From Aliivibrio sp. S4MY1 (GTDB lineage: Bacteria > Pseudomonadota > Gammaproteobacteria > Enterobacterales > Vibrionaceae), in contig NZ_JARACP010000003.1 in assembly GCF_028765545.1 (NCBI RefSeq), positions 57,468-81,467 on the forward strand: a stretch of DNA of 24,000 nucleotides. The letters are read 5' to 3'. Below the pieces are notes generated by a model. The model saw nothing but the letters and a program-made list of their open reading frames with translations. It did not search any database and had not been told where the DNA came from. Positions within the stretch are counted from its first letter, which is position 1. Each line of letters opens with the position of its first letter. Shown here piece after piece: positions 1 to 8,655 of the stretch. The position numbers were made by a program, and so were the translations under genes.

Positions 1-830
1 CGCAGAAGAATCAGCCTCCAAAAATGGAATTTATCTCAGGAAGTGAAAAAGAATTTAATACCATCCATGCAAATAATGAACATTATTTTGATGAGTTAAA
101 AGTTGTTTTAGATAAAGAGCCTATTTCATTTATTGACCCTGAAATACGCGGTTTAATGTCTAGTATTGGTCTGCAAAAAGGAAAACCATTTGCGCCTGAT
201 GCTCGTATGAAAAAGATCTTAAAAGACGGCGTAGCAATCGGTAATGCAACGGCAAGAGCTTTGATATTCCAACCTCGGGATAAAGGCGCTTATATCTACT
301 CAGATCGTTTATGGAAAACGGCATTTATTGGGAAAGATTATCAGTGGTTAGTAGATAAAGGTGAGGGAGGGCGTAATCTGGATGCTCGTACGTATTTCTT
401 TTATATGGCGACAGTAAATACACCAGCGATGGCTCTGAAACTCATCGATAAAGGCTCTCAATATGCCATTGTAGATAAATCGAAAGGTGGAGATTACCTT
501 GATGGTGGTAAAAATTATAAGTTGAATATTCCAGCGAATGTACCAGCAAAAAACTTTTGGTCAGTGGTGGCTTATGATCCGCAAACACGCTCTGAACTAC
601 AAACCGGTCAAGCGTTACCAAGTAAAAATAATCAACGTGATAAGTTAATTGAAAATAAAGATGGTTCAGTTGATATTTATTTTGGACCTAAAGCACCAAA
701 AGGCAAAGAAGCGAACTGGGTCGAAACCGTTCCGGGCAAAGGGTGGTTTACTATTCTACGTTTATACGGACCGCAAGAGGCTTGGTATGATCACTCTTGG
801 AAACCGGGTGATATTGAGCTAATTAAATAA
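1..830 (+). CDS. DUF1214-domain protein, C-terminal portion (DUF1254/DUF1214 family, function unknown); 5' end lies outside the window
   Basis: ORF track 24..830. The same frame stays open back to base 3, so the gene is cut by the window edge. Motifs NFWSVVAYD and GWFTILRLYGP...WKPGDIELIK resemble the DUF1214 C-terminal signature as I recall it. A hairpin terminator follows. Confidence 0.6.
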   Translation, partial: QKNQPPKMEFISGSEKEFNTIHANNEHYFDELKVVLDKEPISFIDPEIRGLMSSIGLQKGKPFAPDARMKKILKDGVAIGNATARALIFQPRDKGAYIYSDRLWKTAFIGKDYQWLVDKGEGGRNLDARTYFFYMATVNTPAMALKLIDKGSQYAIVDKSKGGDYLDGGKNYKLNIPANVPAKNFWSVVAYDPQTRSELQTGQALPSKNNQRDKLIENKDGSVDIYFGPKAPKGKEANWVETVPGKGWFTILRLYGPQEAWYDHSWKPGDIELIK

Positions 831-854
831 GTGATTGCTGCAATTTAACCATAA

Positions 855-891
855 CCTCTGCTTGTTATTACTAATGGGCAGAGGCTTTTTT
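855..891 (+). terminator. Rho-independent terminator after the DUF1214 gene
   Basis: Stem CCTCTGC (855-861) pairs with GCAGAGG (878-884), followed by CTTTTTT. The 16-nt loop is rather long. Confidence 0.55.
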
Positions 892-895
892 ATAT

Positions 896-1804
896 CTAAT
901 GACCTTCTAGGTTTTGAATCAGAAGCTTTTCAATATTTTTAATAATAGGATGCTGATAGTAAGCACGATGATATTGAATTCCAACACTAAACGTCATCGC
1001 TTTATTATCGAGAGTTAAAGGTAGCTTACATACGTTTATTGGAAGTTTGTTTTTTAAAATATCAAAGCAAACAAAAGCGTATTGGCTTATTTCTACGCAC
1101 TCAATAGCAGAAGCGACAGAAGAAACCGTGAGTTTTTGAGCAAGGTTTATTCCTGTTTGTTTACGTAGTCGTTCATAGTAAGTATTGTCATCGAGGTTTC
1201 CCATCGAAACCCTTACAGTATCAAATTGGGCTAAATCAGAGAGACCAATTTGGGATGAACAAGCTAACGGGTGCTGCTTAGATATATACACAAATAAATC
1301 TAACTCCCCGAGTTTTCGCTCAATAATACGTTCGTTTAGTTGATTCGGGTAGCCTGAAATTCCGATAGATAATGCCCCTGATTTAGGAAACTCTATTCCC
1401 TCTAAATACCAGTCCACAATAGATATTTTAGGATGCCAATCATCTTGGGTTAATCCTTGTAAAAGTGGCACGGTTAACATGCTACTTAGTGGATTTGCTA
1501 AGTGAAAAATATACTCGATATTGGCGTCTTTATTATTAAATGATTTAGCGGTTTGTTGTGCTTGTTCAAGTTGTTCTAAGGGGGCTTTAATAATATTTAT
1601 CAGCTGGGTGGTGAAAAGCGTTGGCGCATAAAGGCCTTTATCTGCAATGAATAATTCATTACCAAAGAGTTCACGGCATTCAGATAAGTAGCGATTAAAG
1701 GTTGCTCTACTGATGTCTAATGTATGACAAACTTTAGCTAACGATTTTTGTTCATAAAGTGAATCAAGAAAACGATATAAATTTAAGTCTATGCTGTTTT
1801 TCAT
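896..1804 (-). CDS. LysR-family transcriptional regulator
   Basis: 302 aa. The N-terminal HTH (SLAKVCHTLDISRATFNRYLSECRELFGNELF) and a roughly 200-aa C-terminal substrate-binding-like region fit LysR architecture. ATG at 1804. Divergent from arsR. Confidence 0.85.
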   Translation of the reverse strand: MKNSIDLNLYRFLDSLYEQKSLAKVCHTLDISRATFNRYLSECRELFGNELFIADKGLYAPTLFTTQLINIIKAPLEQLEQAQQTAKSFNNKDANIEYIFHLANPLSSMLTVPLLQGLTQDDWHPKISIVDWYLEGIEFPKSGALSIGISGYPNQLNERIIERKLGELDLFVYISKQHPLACSSQIGLSDLAQFDTVRVSMGNLDDNTYYERLRKQTGINLAQKLTVSSVASAIECVEISQYAFVCFDILKNKLPINVCKLPLTLDNKAMTFSVGIQYHRAYYQHPIIKNIEKLLIQNLEGH

Positions 1805-1870
1805 GTGATAGCTTTCCTTGCTAATACTTTTTTCTAGTATGAATCTTTTATGACAATTTGTCTTTTATCC

Positions 1871-1922
1871 TTGATCTTTTCATCTTCCTATTTAGAATAT
1901 ATGGAAATGCGTATATCCATAT
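1871..1922 (+). promoter_or_regulatory. Candidate ars-cluster promoter with a candidate ArsR operator
   Basis: TTGATC (1871-1876), 16-nt spacer, TAGAAT (1893-1898). Immediately downstream is the inverted repeat ATATGGA (1899-1905) N10 TCCATAT (1916-1922), which ends 12 nt before the arsR ATG. This position fits a repressor operator over the transcription start. Confidence 0.35.
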
Positions 1923-1934
1923 TTAAGGTTGAAT

Positions 1935-2264
1935 ATGTTACCTCATCAATTTTTTAAAATGCTGTCAGATGAAACACGAATGCGTTGTTTATTGCTTATT
2001 GCTCGTGAGGGCCGTTTGTGTGTAAACCAATTAACTGAAGCATTAGATGAAAGCCAGCCGAAGATCTCTCGGCATTTAGCCCAACTGCGCCAATCTGGTG
2101 TACTGATTGATACCCGTGAAGGTCAGTGGGTGTATTACCAAGTGAATACAGAACTTCCGGGGTGGTTAAATAAAATTATAGCAGGTTTGAAGCAATCGAA
2201 TTGTTTACAGGCTGAGTATCAAAAAGACACAGATAAATTAAACGCAATGAAAGCATGTTGCTAA
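1935..2264 (+). CDS. arsR: ArsR/SmtB-family metalloregulatory repressor
   Basis: Aligns by eye to R773 ArsR (FKxLSDETRxxxLLL...LCV..L...L..[16 protein letters not shown]). The ORF track starts at TTG 1929. ATG 1935 sits 6 nt after AAGG and is preferred. Confidence 0.85.
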   Translation: MLPHQFFKMLSDETRMRCLLLIAREGRLCVNQLTEALDESQPKISRHLAQLRQSGVLIDTREGQWVYYQVNTELPGWLNKIIAGLKQSNCLQAEYQKDTDKLNAMKACC

Positions 2265-2280
2265 ATTAAGGATTAAGACG

Positions 2281-3288
2281 ATGACAATTAAAGTTGGTAT
2301 TAATGGGTTTGGTCGTATTGGACGTTTGGCATTAAGAGCGGCATTCGATTGGCCTGAGTTGGAGTTTGTACAAATCAATGACGTTGCGGGTGATACCCAT
2401 ACATTGGCACATTTACTTGAATTTGATTCAATTCAGGGGCGTTGGCACCATGAAGTGACGAACAATGGCAGCGAAATGATCATTGATGGTCAAACGCTTA
2501 AAACCACACAAGAAAAGGACATTGATGCGGTTGATTGGTCTGGTTGTGATGTTGTTATTGAAGCAACTGGCGTGCATCGTTCACGTTCATTTTTAGATAA
2601 ATATTTAGCGCAAGGCGTTAAACGTGTGGTTGTGTCTGCTCCGGTAAAAGAAGACGGTGTTGCGAACATTGTAGTTGGTGTGAACGATGATATTTTTGAT
2701 CCTGCTGTTCACCAAATCGTCACAGCGGCATCTTGTACTACCAACTGCCTTGCACCAATTGTTAAAGTTATCAATAAAGAGTTGGGTATCGAAAATGCGG
2801 CATTTACGACCATTCATGATTTAACCAATACTCAAACCATTTTAGATGCGCCGCATAAAGATCTTCGCCGTGCACGCGCATGTGGTATGAGCTTGATCCC
2901 GACAACAACTGGGTCAGCAAAAGCAATCGTAGAAATTTTCCCTGAGCTAAAAGATAAAATCGACGGCCATGCGGTACGAGTTCCTTTAGCGAATGCATCA
3001 TTAACCGACATTATCTTTGAAGTAAAAAGAGATACGACAGTTGAAGAAGTCAATCAGTTATTAAAGGATGCGGCACAGGGTGAGCTAAAAGGTATTTTAG
3101 GATACGAAGAGCGCCCATTAGTATCGATTGATTACAAAGGCGACCAACGCTCAACGATAGTCGATGCACCATCTACTATGCTTGTGGGCAAGCGCATGGT
3201 GAAGATTTATGCTTGGTATGATAACGAAATGGGCTACGCAACTCGTACTGCTGAGTTAGTTCGTAACGTTGGCTTAGCTGAATATTAA
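2281..3288 (+). CDS. Glyceraldehyde-3-phosphate dehydrogenase paralogue, ArsJ-associated type
   Basis: 335 aa. Has the NAD-binding INGFGRIGR motif and the catalytic [10 protein letters not shown] motif. RBS AAGGA. Lies in an operon-like arrangement with arsR and arsJ. Confidence 0.85.
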   Translation: MTIKVGINGFGRIGRLALRAAFDWPELEFVQINDVAGDTHTLAHLLEFDSIQGRWHHEVTNNGSEMIIDGQTLKTTQEKDIDAVDWSGCDVVIEATGVHRSRSFLDKYLAQGVKRVVVSAPVKEDGVANIVVGVNDDIFDPAVHQIVTAASCTTNCLAPIVKVINKELGIENAAFTTIHDLTNTQTILDAPHKDLRRARACGMSLIPTTTGSAKAIVEIFPELKDKIDGHAVRVPLANASLTDIIFEVKRDTTVEEVNQLLKDAAQGELKGILGYEERPLVSIDYKGDQRSTIVDAPSTMLVGKRMVKIYAWYDNEMGYATRTAELVRNVGLAEY

Positions 3289-3312
3289 TGGCATTGGTTT
3301 AAGGAATTTAAA

Positions 3313-3810
3313 ATGACACATCCTATTTGGGAATTACCGGTTACAGGCACTCATGGCGCATTAATTTTGACTCCATGTCCGGGAACAAAAGGCGTTGAAT
3401 TAATTGAATCTTTAACACAACTAAAAGCACAAGGTGTTGAAGCGGTAGCAACAGCATTAAACCAAGATGAGTTAACAGAAAAAGGCGTTAGCTCTCTTGG
3501 TGAAGAAGTGCAACGTCTAGGCATGAAATGGTTTTATTTGCCAATTGAAGATGATTGCGCCCCGGGTGATGGGTTTGCAGCACAATGGAAATCAGCGACT
3601 CCTGAGCTGCAACAAGTATTGGAAAATAATGGCAAGGTAGCAATGCATTGTATGGGCGGGTCTGGCCGAACAGGCTTACTTGCAGCGCATTTATTATTGG
3701 ACTTAGGTTGGGAACTGGATGTGATTAAGCAGCAGGTTCAAGCATTACGTCCGGGCGCTTTCACGAAACCTGTGCAAATTGAATACATTGATGCAATTGC
3801 GGGTAAATAA
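3313..3810 (+). CDS. CDKN3/KAP-like dual-specificity (Cys-based) phosphatase family protein
   Basis: 165 aa. P-loop HCMGGSGRTG (HCX5R[ST], nt 3646-3672) lies about 30 aa after a PIEDDCAP acid loop. The layout resembles human KAP (PIADGGTP...HCYGGLGRS) as I recall it. RBS AAGGA. Confidence 0.75.
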   Translation: MTHPIWELPVTGTHGALILTPCPGTKGVELIESLTQLKAQGVEAVATALNQDELTEKGVSSLGEEVQRLGMKWFYLPIEDDCAPGDGFAAQWKSATPELQQVLENNGKVAMHCMGGSGRTGLLAAHLLLDLGWELDVIKQQVQALRPGAFTKPVQIEYIDAIAGK

Positions 3811-3825
3811 TCAATTTTAGATAAG

Positions 3826-3862
3826 GCCTCAGAAAGCAGCATTTTTCTGGGGCTTTTTTATT
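3826..3862 (+). terminator. Intrinsic-terminator-like hairpin between the phosphatase gene and arsJ
   Basis: GCCTCAGAAA (3826-3835) pairs with TTTCTGGGGC (3844-3853): 10 bp including one G-T wobble, 8-nt loop. It is followed by TTTTTTATT (3854-3862). Confidence 0.5.
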
Positions 3863-3869
3863 GGAACGG

Positions 3870-5090
3870 ATGAGTTTTATGTTTTCTCAACTAAGTCATA
3901 GCGTACGTCAGTACATGTTAGTGACGTTCAATTATTGGAACTTCACCATTACTGATGGTGCGTTGCGTATGTTGGTTGTGCTCTATTTTCATGATTTGGG
4001 TTACGGCACCTTAGCGATAGCTTCTCTCTTTTTGTTTTATGAATTTTTTGGTGTGGTGACGAATTTAATTGGTGGGTGGCTTGGTGCACGTTTGGGGTTA
4101 AATAAAACCATGAACGTCGGTTTAGGTATGCAGGTATTTGCATTATTGATGCTTGCTGTACCTACTGTGTGGCTCACTATTCCTTGGGTAATGGCGGCTC
4201 AAGCACTGTCTGGCATTGCAAAAGATCTCAATAAAATGAGTGCTAAAAGTGCGATAAAAACATTGGTGCCAAGCAATCAAGAAGGATCTCTCTACAAGTG
4301 GATTGCTATCTTAACGGGGTCTAAAAATGCACTAAAAGGAGCTGGTTTCTTCTTAGGAGGGGTTCTGCTTTCTACCATAGGATTCAAAGCGGCAGTTATC
4401 GCCATGGCTGTGGTTCTTTTTGTGGTATTGATTGCTAGTTTAGCTTTTCTTGATGGCGACATGGGCAAAGCGAAATCTAAACCTAAATTTACTCAGTTGT
4501 TTTCTAAATCGAGTGAGATTAATATTCTTTCAGCTGCGCGCTTATTTTTATTTGGCGCAAGAGATGTATGGTTTGTAATAGCATTGCCAATTTACCTAGG
4601 CACAACCTTTGGTTGGGATCATTCGTGGGTTGGTGGATTTCTCGCTCTGTGGGTGATTGGTTATGGGTTTGTGCAAGGCTTTGCGCCAAAAATCACAGGG
4701 AAATCAGAAGGTAAAGTACCTGATGGTCGCGCTGCAATGTGGTGGGTAGCTTTATTAACACTGGTTACTGGGTTTATCGCCTATGGTGTGCAAATCGAGT
4801 GGCAGGCTCAATATGTTATCGTCATTGGATTATTAATTTTTGGTGCAGTATTTGCCATTAACTCATCTCTACACTCTTATTTGATCGTTAGCTATGCGAA
4901 AGGTGATGGTGTCTCGATGGATGTTGGCTTCTATTATATGGCCAACGCAATGGGGCGTTTAATCGGAACTATATTATCTGGATTGGTATTTCAGATAGCA
5001 GGGTTGGCTGCATGTTTATGGGTATCGTTCGCGTTTTTGTTGTTAACTACGTTGATATCGATAAAGCTGCCTAAGAGAATAAAAGCTTAA
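3870..5090 (+). CDS. arsJ: MFS transporter ArsJ (arsenate-resistance efflux permease)
   Basis: About 406 aa and multi-TM. The N-terminus (YMLVTFNYWNFTITDGALRMLVVLYFHDLGY) matches my memory of ArsJ. Start is uncertain: TTG 3861 (ORF track), ATG 3870 or ATG 3879. Confidence 0.8.
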   Translation: MSFMFSQLSHSVRQYMLVTFNYWNFTITDGALRMLVVLYFHDLGYGTLAIASLFLFYEFFGVVTNLIGGWLGARLGLNKTMNVGLGMQVFALLMLAVPTVWLTIPWVMAAQALSGIAKDLNKMSAKSAIKTLVPSNQEGSLYKWIAILTGSKNALKGAGFFLGGVLLSTIGFKAAVIAMAVVLFVVLIASLAFLDGDMGKAKSKPKFTQLFSKSSEINILSAARLFLFGARDVWFVIALPIYLGTTFGWDHSWVGGFLALWVIGYGFVQGFAPKITGKSEGKVPDGRAAMWWVALLTLVTGFIAYGVQIEWQAQYVIVIGLLIFGAVFAINSSLHSYLIVSYAKGDGVSMDVGFYYMANAMGRLIGTILSGLVFQIAGLAACLWVSFAFLLLTTLISIKLPKRIKA

Positions 5091-5111
5091 GCTCAAACAA
5101 TCTTCATGCAT

Positions 5112-5144
5112 AAAAAAACCACCGTTTAATCGGTGGTTTTTTTT
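5112..5144. terminator. Bidirectional rho-independent terminator (arsJ and nagB converge here)
   Basis: A7 run, CCACCG (5119-5124), 6-nt loop, CGGTGG (5131-5136), T8 run. Confidence 0.8.
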
Positions 5145-5174
5145 GTCTTAATTTAAGTGAATGTTCACTATAAA

Positions 5175-5975
5175 TTAAAAGCCTTCCATGTTTTTAGCTT
5201 CAAGCTGTTGGAAGTATTTCACTGTTTTCACTTTCAGCTCTTGTGTTGATGGCTCATCACAAACGATTACTGATTTAGGGTGAAGTTGAAGTGCAGATAC
5301 CGTCCACATGTGATTTACAGAGCCTTCAACAGCAGCTTGCAGTGCAAGACCTTTGTTGTGGCCAGTGATTAGGATCATGATCTCTTCAGAATCAAGCAGA
5401 GTACCAACACCGATAGTTAGTGAGTACTTAGGAACAAGGTCCATGTCGCCACCGAAGAAGCGAGAGTTAGCAATACGCGTATCTTCAGTTAACGTTTTGA
5501 TGCGAGTACGAGAAGATAAAGATGATGCTGGTTCGTTGAAAGCGATATGACCGTCGTTGCCCACACCACCCATGAATAGGTTGATGCGACCGTAAGACTT
5601 GATTTTATCTTCGTAACGTTGGCATTCTGCTTCGTTATCTGCTGCATTACCATCTAATAGGTTGATGTTTTCAGCTTGAATATCGATGTGGTTGAAGAAG
5701 TTCTCGTGCATGAAAGTACGGTAAGATTCTGGGTGATCAGCATCTAAGCCAATGTACTCATCCATGTTGAATGTTACTACGTTCTTAAAGCTCACTTCGC
5801 CAGCTTTATGAAGCTCAATAAGTTTCTTATACGTGTTTAATGGAGTACCGCCAGTTGGTAAACCAAGAACAAATGGACGATCTGCTGTTGGGTTGAATGC
5901 ATTAATACGGTTAACGATGTGTTGTGCAGACCATGCACCTACTTGTTCAGCGCGATTTAGCGGAATTAATCTCAT
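5175..5975 (-). CDS. nagB: Glucosamine-6-phosphate deaminase
   Basis: 266 aa. MRLIPL...LGLPTGGTP...FNMDEYIGL...[14 protein letters not shown] matches the NagB family end to end. RBS GAGG. Confidence 0.95.
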   Translation of the reverse strand: MRLIPLNRAEQVGAWSAQHIVNRINAFNPTADRPFVLGLPTGGTPLNTYKKLIELHKAGEVSFKNVVTFNMDEYIGLDADHPESYRTFMHENFFNHIDIQAENINLLDGNAADNEAECQRYEDKIKSYGRINLFMGGVGNDGHIAFNEPASSLSSRTRIKTLTEDTRIANSRFFGGDMDLVPKYSLTIGVGTLLDSEEIMILITGHNKGLALQAAVEGSVNHMWTVSALQLHPKSVIVCDEPSTQELKVKTVKYFQQLEAKNMEGF

Positions 5976-6015
5976 TTGTATACCTCAAAAAAACGTAAGT
6001 CGTAGAATCAAAAAT

Positions 6016-6056
6016 CATTAATTCGCATTATAAAATAAGTTTCTGTGTATCACCAA
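6016..6056 (-). promoter_or_regulatory. Candidate nagB promoter with an overlapping NagC-like operator
   Basis: On the minus strand: TTGGTG (6056-6051), 18-nt spacer, perfect TATAAT (6032-6027). The AT-rich segment TTAATTCGCATTATAAAATAA (6018-6038) shares TTAATTCG with the E. coli nagB NagC box as I recall it. Confidence 0.3.
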
Positions 6057-6079
6057 TGATTTTGCTCAATAAAGAAACA

Positions 6080-7933
6080 TTATTCTTCAACATTGGTCAC
6101 GTTTGTACTTAAATGGTTCATAAATGGCTCTGCTTTCATAAATCCTGTTAATCGAGCATTCGATAAATAATCGCCATTTGAATTCCAAAAATCGATGGTT
6201 GGTAACCCAAGAACTTTGAGTTGTTGTAATAGGGCAATATCTTCTGGGCTGTTTTTGGTTACATCGGCTTGCAACAAGATAAATTGACCTAAGAGCGGCT
6301 CTACCTTTTCATTATGGAAGGTGTATTTTTCAAATTCTTTACACGCGACACACCAGTCAGCATAAAAGTCGAGCATGACTGGTTTTCCTTGGGCTTTTGC
6401 TGCCTCAAGTTCTCGATTCAAATCTTCTAAATTAGCGATTTTTTTAAACGTGACAGTTTGAGTGGTGGTGTTTACTTCAGTATGTACTTTACCTGAAATA
6501 GCATCAATTACAGGGATTGCTGAGCCAACAATACCTAAGATCGCGATGATCCCAGCGACACTCGTTTTCCAAGATTGGGGCATGGTTGCTTTAACATGAT
6601 AAAGCCAACCAAATGCTACAACACCTAACGCAGACCAAACAAATGGAGTTACGTTATGTGGAAGGATTCGCTCTAATAAGAACACAGGAACGGCAAGTAA
6701 AATAAAACCAAACAGTGTTTTTACATGCGTCATCCATACACCCGCTTTCGGTAGCAGTTTATTACCAAATACAGCGGCTAGAATTAGTGGGATACCCATA
6801 CCAATAGCCAAAGCGTACAGAGCGACAGCACCAGTAAGTAAATCACCACTTTTGGCAACATAAAGTAATGCACCCGAAAGAGGAGCGGTCGTACATGGCG
6901 AACACACTAAACCTGAAATAGCACCCATGGCAAATACGCCACCTAAGTTTCCGCCTTTTTGTTGGTTACTGATGTCATTTAATTTAGTTTGTAAGCTGCT
7001 TGGTAGTTGAATTGTGTAAGCGCCAAACATCGACAGAGCGAGCAGCACAAACATGATACTCAAGCCAATTAACACATAAGGATGTTGTAATGCAGCCTGA
7101 AATTGCATACCTGCCGAAGCAACCACTAACCCAAGTAAAGTATAGGTTAACGCCATGCCTTGAACGTAAATAAAAGAGAGCTTGAAGGCTTTGCCATGAG
7201 ACAGTTTACCGCCACCTAAAACAATGCCCGTTAAGATAGGGTACATAGGTAATACACAAGGTGTAAACGCAAGACCAATGCCAAGCGCTAAGAATAAAAA
7301 CGGTGTCCACCAAGCATCACCTAAGTTGTCAGCCAGCTCTTGCTGTTGAGTTTGAGATACTTCTTTTTGCTCTGAATTTGATGATGTTTTCTTTTCTACG
7401 CCAACTGGTGCGTTATCATTTTTGGCCACAACATGCGTATTTGCCGTTTCATCTTGATATGAACTTAGCCCTGTTAATGCAGATAGTGGAATTTTGCGGA
7501 TTTCTGGTGGATAGCAGAATCCAGCTTTCGCACAACCTTGGTATCGCACTGTTAACTCGGCATTATCACTAACCGAAATAAGAGGAACAGTGATCGTAAG
7601 TGGTTCAGTGTAGATGTTTACATCACCAAAAAATTCATCGTTATAAGGTGTGCCTTCTTCCATCACTAAATCAGCAATCTTTGCGCCATTAGCCGTTACC
7701 GAAATGCGTTGTTGGTATAGGTAATAATCAGGCATCACTTGCCAATCTAAATAAACTCTATCTCCTTGCTGCATGAAATTAAATGGGAAGGCTTCATTTA
7801 CGGTCACAAAAGAAGAGGTTTGCTCGCCCTGTAATTTAGTCAGGTCAAAAGACGCAACAGCTTGAGGGATAAAGGAGGTAAATAGAATGAAAAATGATAA
7901 AAGGGCAGCTCGAAAACGGAGTAAGTTCGTCAT
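6080..7933 (-). CDS. dsbD: Thiol:disulfide interchange protein DsbD
   Basis: Has a signal peptide, an N-terminal domain, a TM core with [10 protein letters not shown] and CSPCTTAP, and a C-terminal thioredoxin WCVACK. The ORF track begins at TTG 7984. ATG 7933 ([12 protein letters not shown]..., signal peptide) is preferred. Confidence 0.9.
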   Translation of the reverse strand: MTNLLRFRAALLSFFILFTSFIPQAVASFDLTKLQGEQTSSFVTVNEAFPFNFMQQGDRVYLDWQVMPDYYLYQQRISVTANGAKIADLVMEEGTPYNDEFFGDVNIYTEPLTITVPLISVSDNAELTVRYQGCAKAGFCYPPEIRKIPLSALTGLSSYQDETANTHVVAKNDNAPVGVEKKTSSNSEQKEVSQTQQQELADNLGDAWWTPFLFLALGIGLAFTPCVLPMYPILTGIVLGGGKLSHGKAFKLSFIYVQGMALTYTLLGLVVASAGMQFQAALQHPYVLIGLSIMFVLLALSMFGAYTIQLPSSLQTKLNDISNQQKGGNLGGVFAMGAISGLVCSPCTTAPLSGALLYVAKSGDLLTGAVALYALAIGMGIPLILAAVFGNKLLPKAGVWMTHVKTLFGFILLAVPVFLLERILPHNVTPFVWSALGVVAFGWLYHVKATMPQSWKTSVAGIIAILGIVGSAIPVIDAISGKVHTEVNTTTQTVTFKKIANLEDLNRELEAAKAQGKPVMLDFYADWCVACKEFEKYTFHNEKVEPLLGQFILLQADVTKNSPEDIALLQQLKVLGLPTIDFWNSNGDYLSNARLTGFMKAEPFMNHLSTNVTNVEE

Positions 7934-8162
7934 GTGAAAGTCTTTATTAAATATAGATACGGGTATGACTATCGAAATGGTCAAGAGTTCGACAAGTATA
8001 GTATCAATTGTATTAATGATCTGCTCCTTTCTCTTCGCTACCTAGTGTAATTATTTTTTATTTGTCACCGTTTCGAGATCCCTACGACACTCTTTTACCT
8101 GCTTAGAAACTATGCTTGTTACGATGATTAATTAATAGAATGAGTCATAAGAGGACTGCGTG

Positions 8163-8588
8163 ATGAAATACAAACATATCCTTGTTGCACTGGATCTTTC
8201 AGAAGAGAGTCATGTGTTGATTGATAGAGCCGTTTCTATGGCGGAGCTATTAGATGCCAAAGTGTCTTTTATTCATATTGATGGTACTCATGGTGAGATT
8301 TATCCTGAGCTCATTGATATACAAGCAGAGCCGGATCGTAAACCATTAAATGAACCTTCAAATAAATGGCTTAATGATTTTCAGCAATATACTCCGTTTC
8401 CAATTGAGAGCTTTTGGGTAGGAACGGGAGATCTTAGCCATAAAGTAGATAAAGCAGTAAAAGTGAATGAAATCGATTTATTGATTTGCGGACATCATCA
8501 TGATTTCTTAAGTAAAATCATCTCATATTCTCGACCGCTAATTCATCACTCTCCTATTGATATATTGGTCGTACCGATCTGTTCATGA
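8163..8588 (+). CDS. Universal stress protein, UspA/UspC-like class
   Basis: 141 aa. YKHILVALDLSEES...DLLICGHHHDFLSKI...IDILVVP resembles E. coli UspA/UspC. RBS AAGAGGA lies 7 nt before ATG 8163. GTG 8160 is an alternative start. Confidence 0.85.
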   Translation: MKYKHILVALDLSEESHVLIDRAVSMAELLDAKVSFIHIDGTHGEIYPELIDIQAEPDRKPLNEPSNKWLNDFQQYTPFPIESFWVGTGDLSHKVDKAVKVNEIDLLICGHHHDFLSKIISYSRPLIHHSPIDILVVPICS

Positions 8589-8598
8589 GTAAACAGAC

Positions 8599-8630
8599 AA
8601 AAAAATGGCAGCTTAATCAGCTGCCATTTT
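8599..8630. terminator. Bidirectional terminator (usp and dcuA converge here)
   Basis: A-run, ATGGCAGCT (8605-8613), 5-nt loop, AGCTGCCAT (8619-8627), TTT. Confidence 0.75.
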
Positions 8631-8655
8631 GAGGGATATTATTGCAATTCACCGA

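Noticed and set aside
2605-3053. Three minus-strand ORFs (2605..2817, 2804..3001, 2832..3053) inside the GAPDH gene
   Set aside because: They are entirely antisense to a strongly supported CDS. They have odd composition (rich in R, C and L), no RBS and no recognisable domains. They are typical shadow ORFs.
7934-7984. N-terminal extensions proposed by the ORF track: dsbD from TTG 7984, yibN from GTG 14043, secB from 14577, gpsA from TTG 15252, trmL from 17791, cpxP from TTG 20050, arsR from TTG 1929
   Set aside because: Homologue N-termini, signal-peptide positions and Shine-Dalgarno spacing favour the downstream ATG starts given in the feature list.
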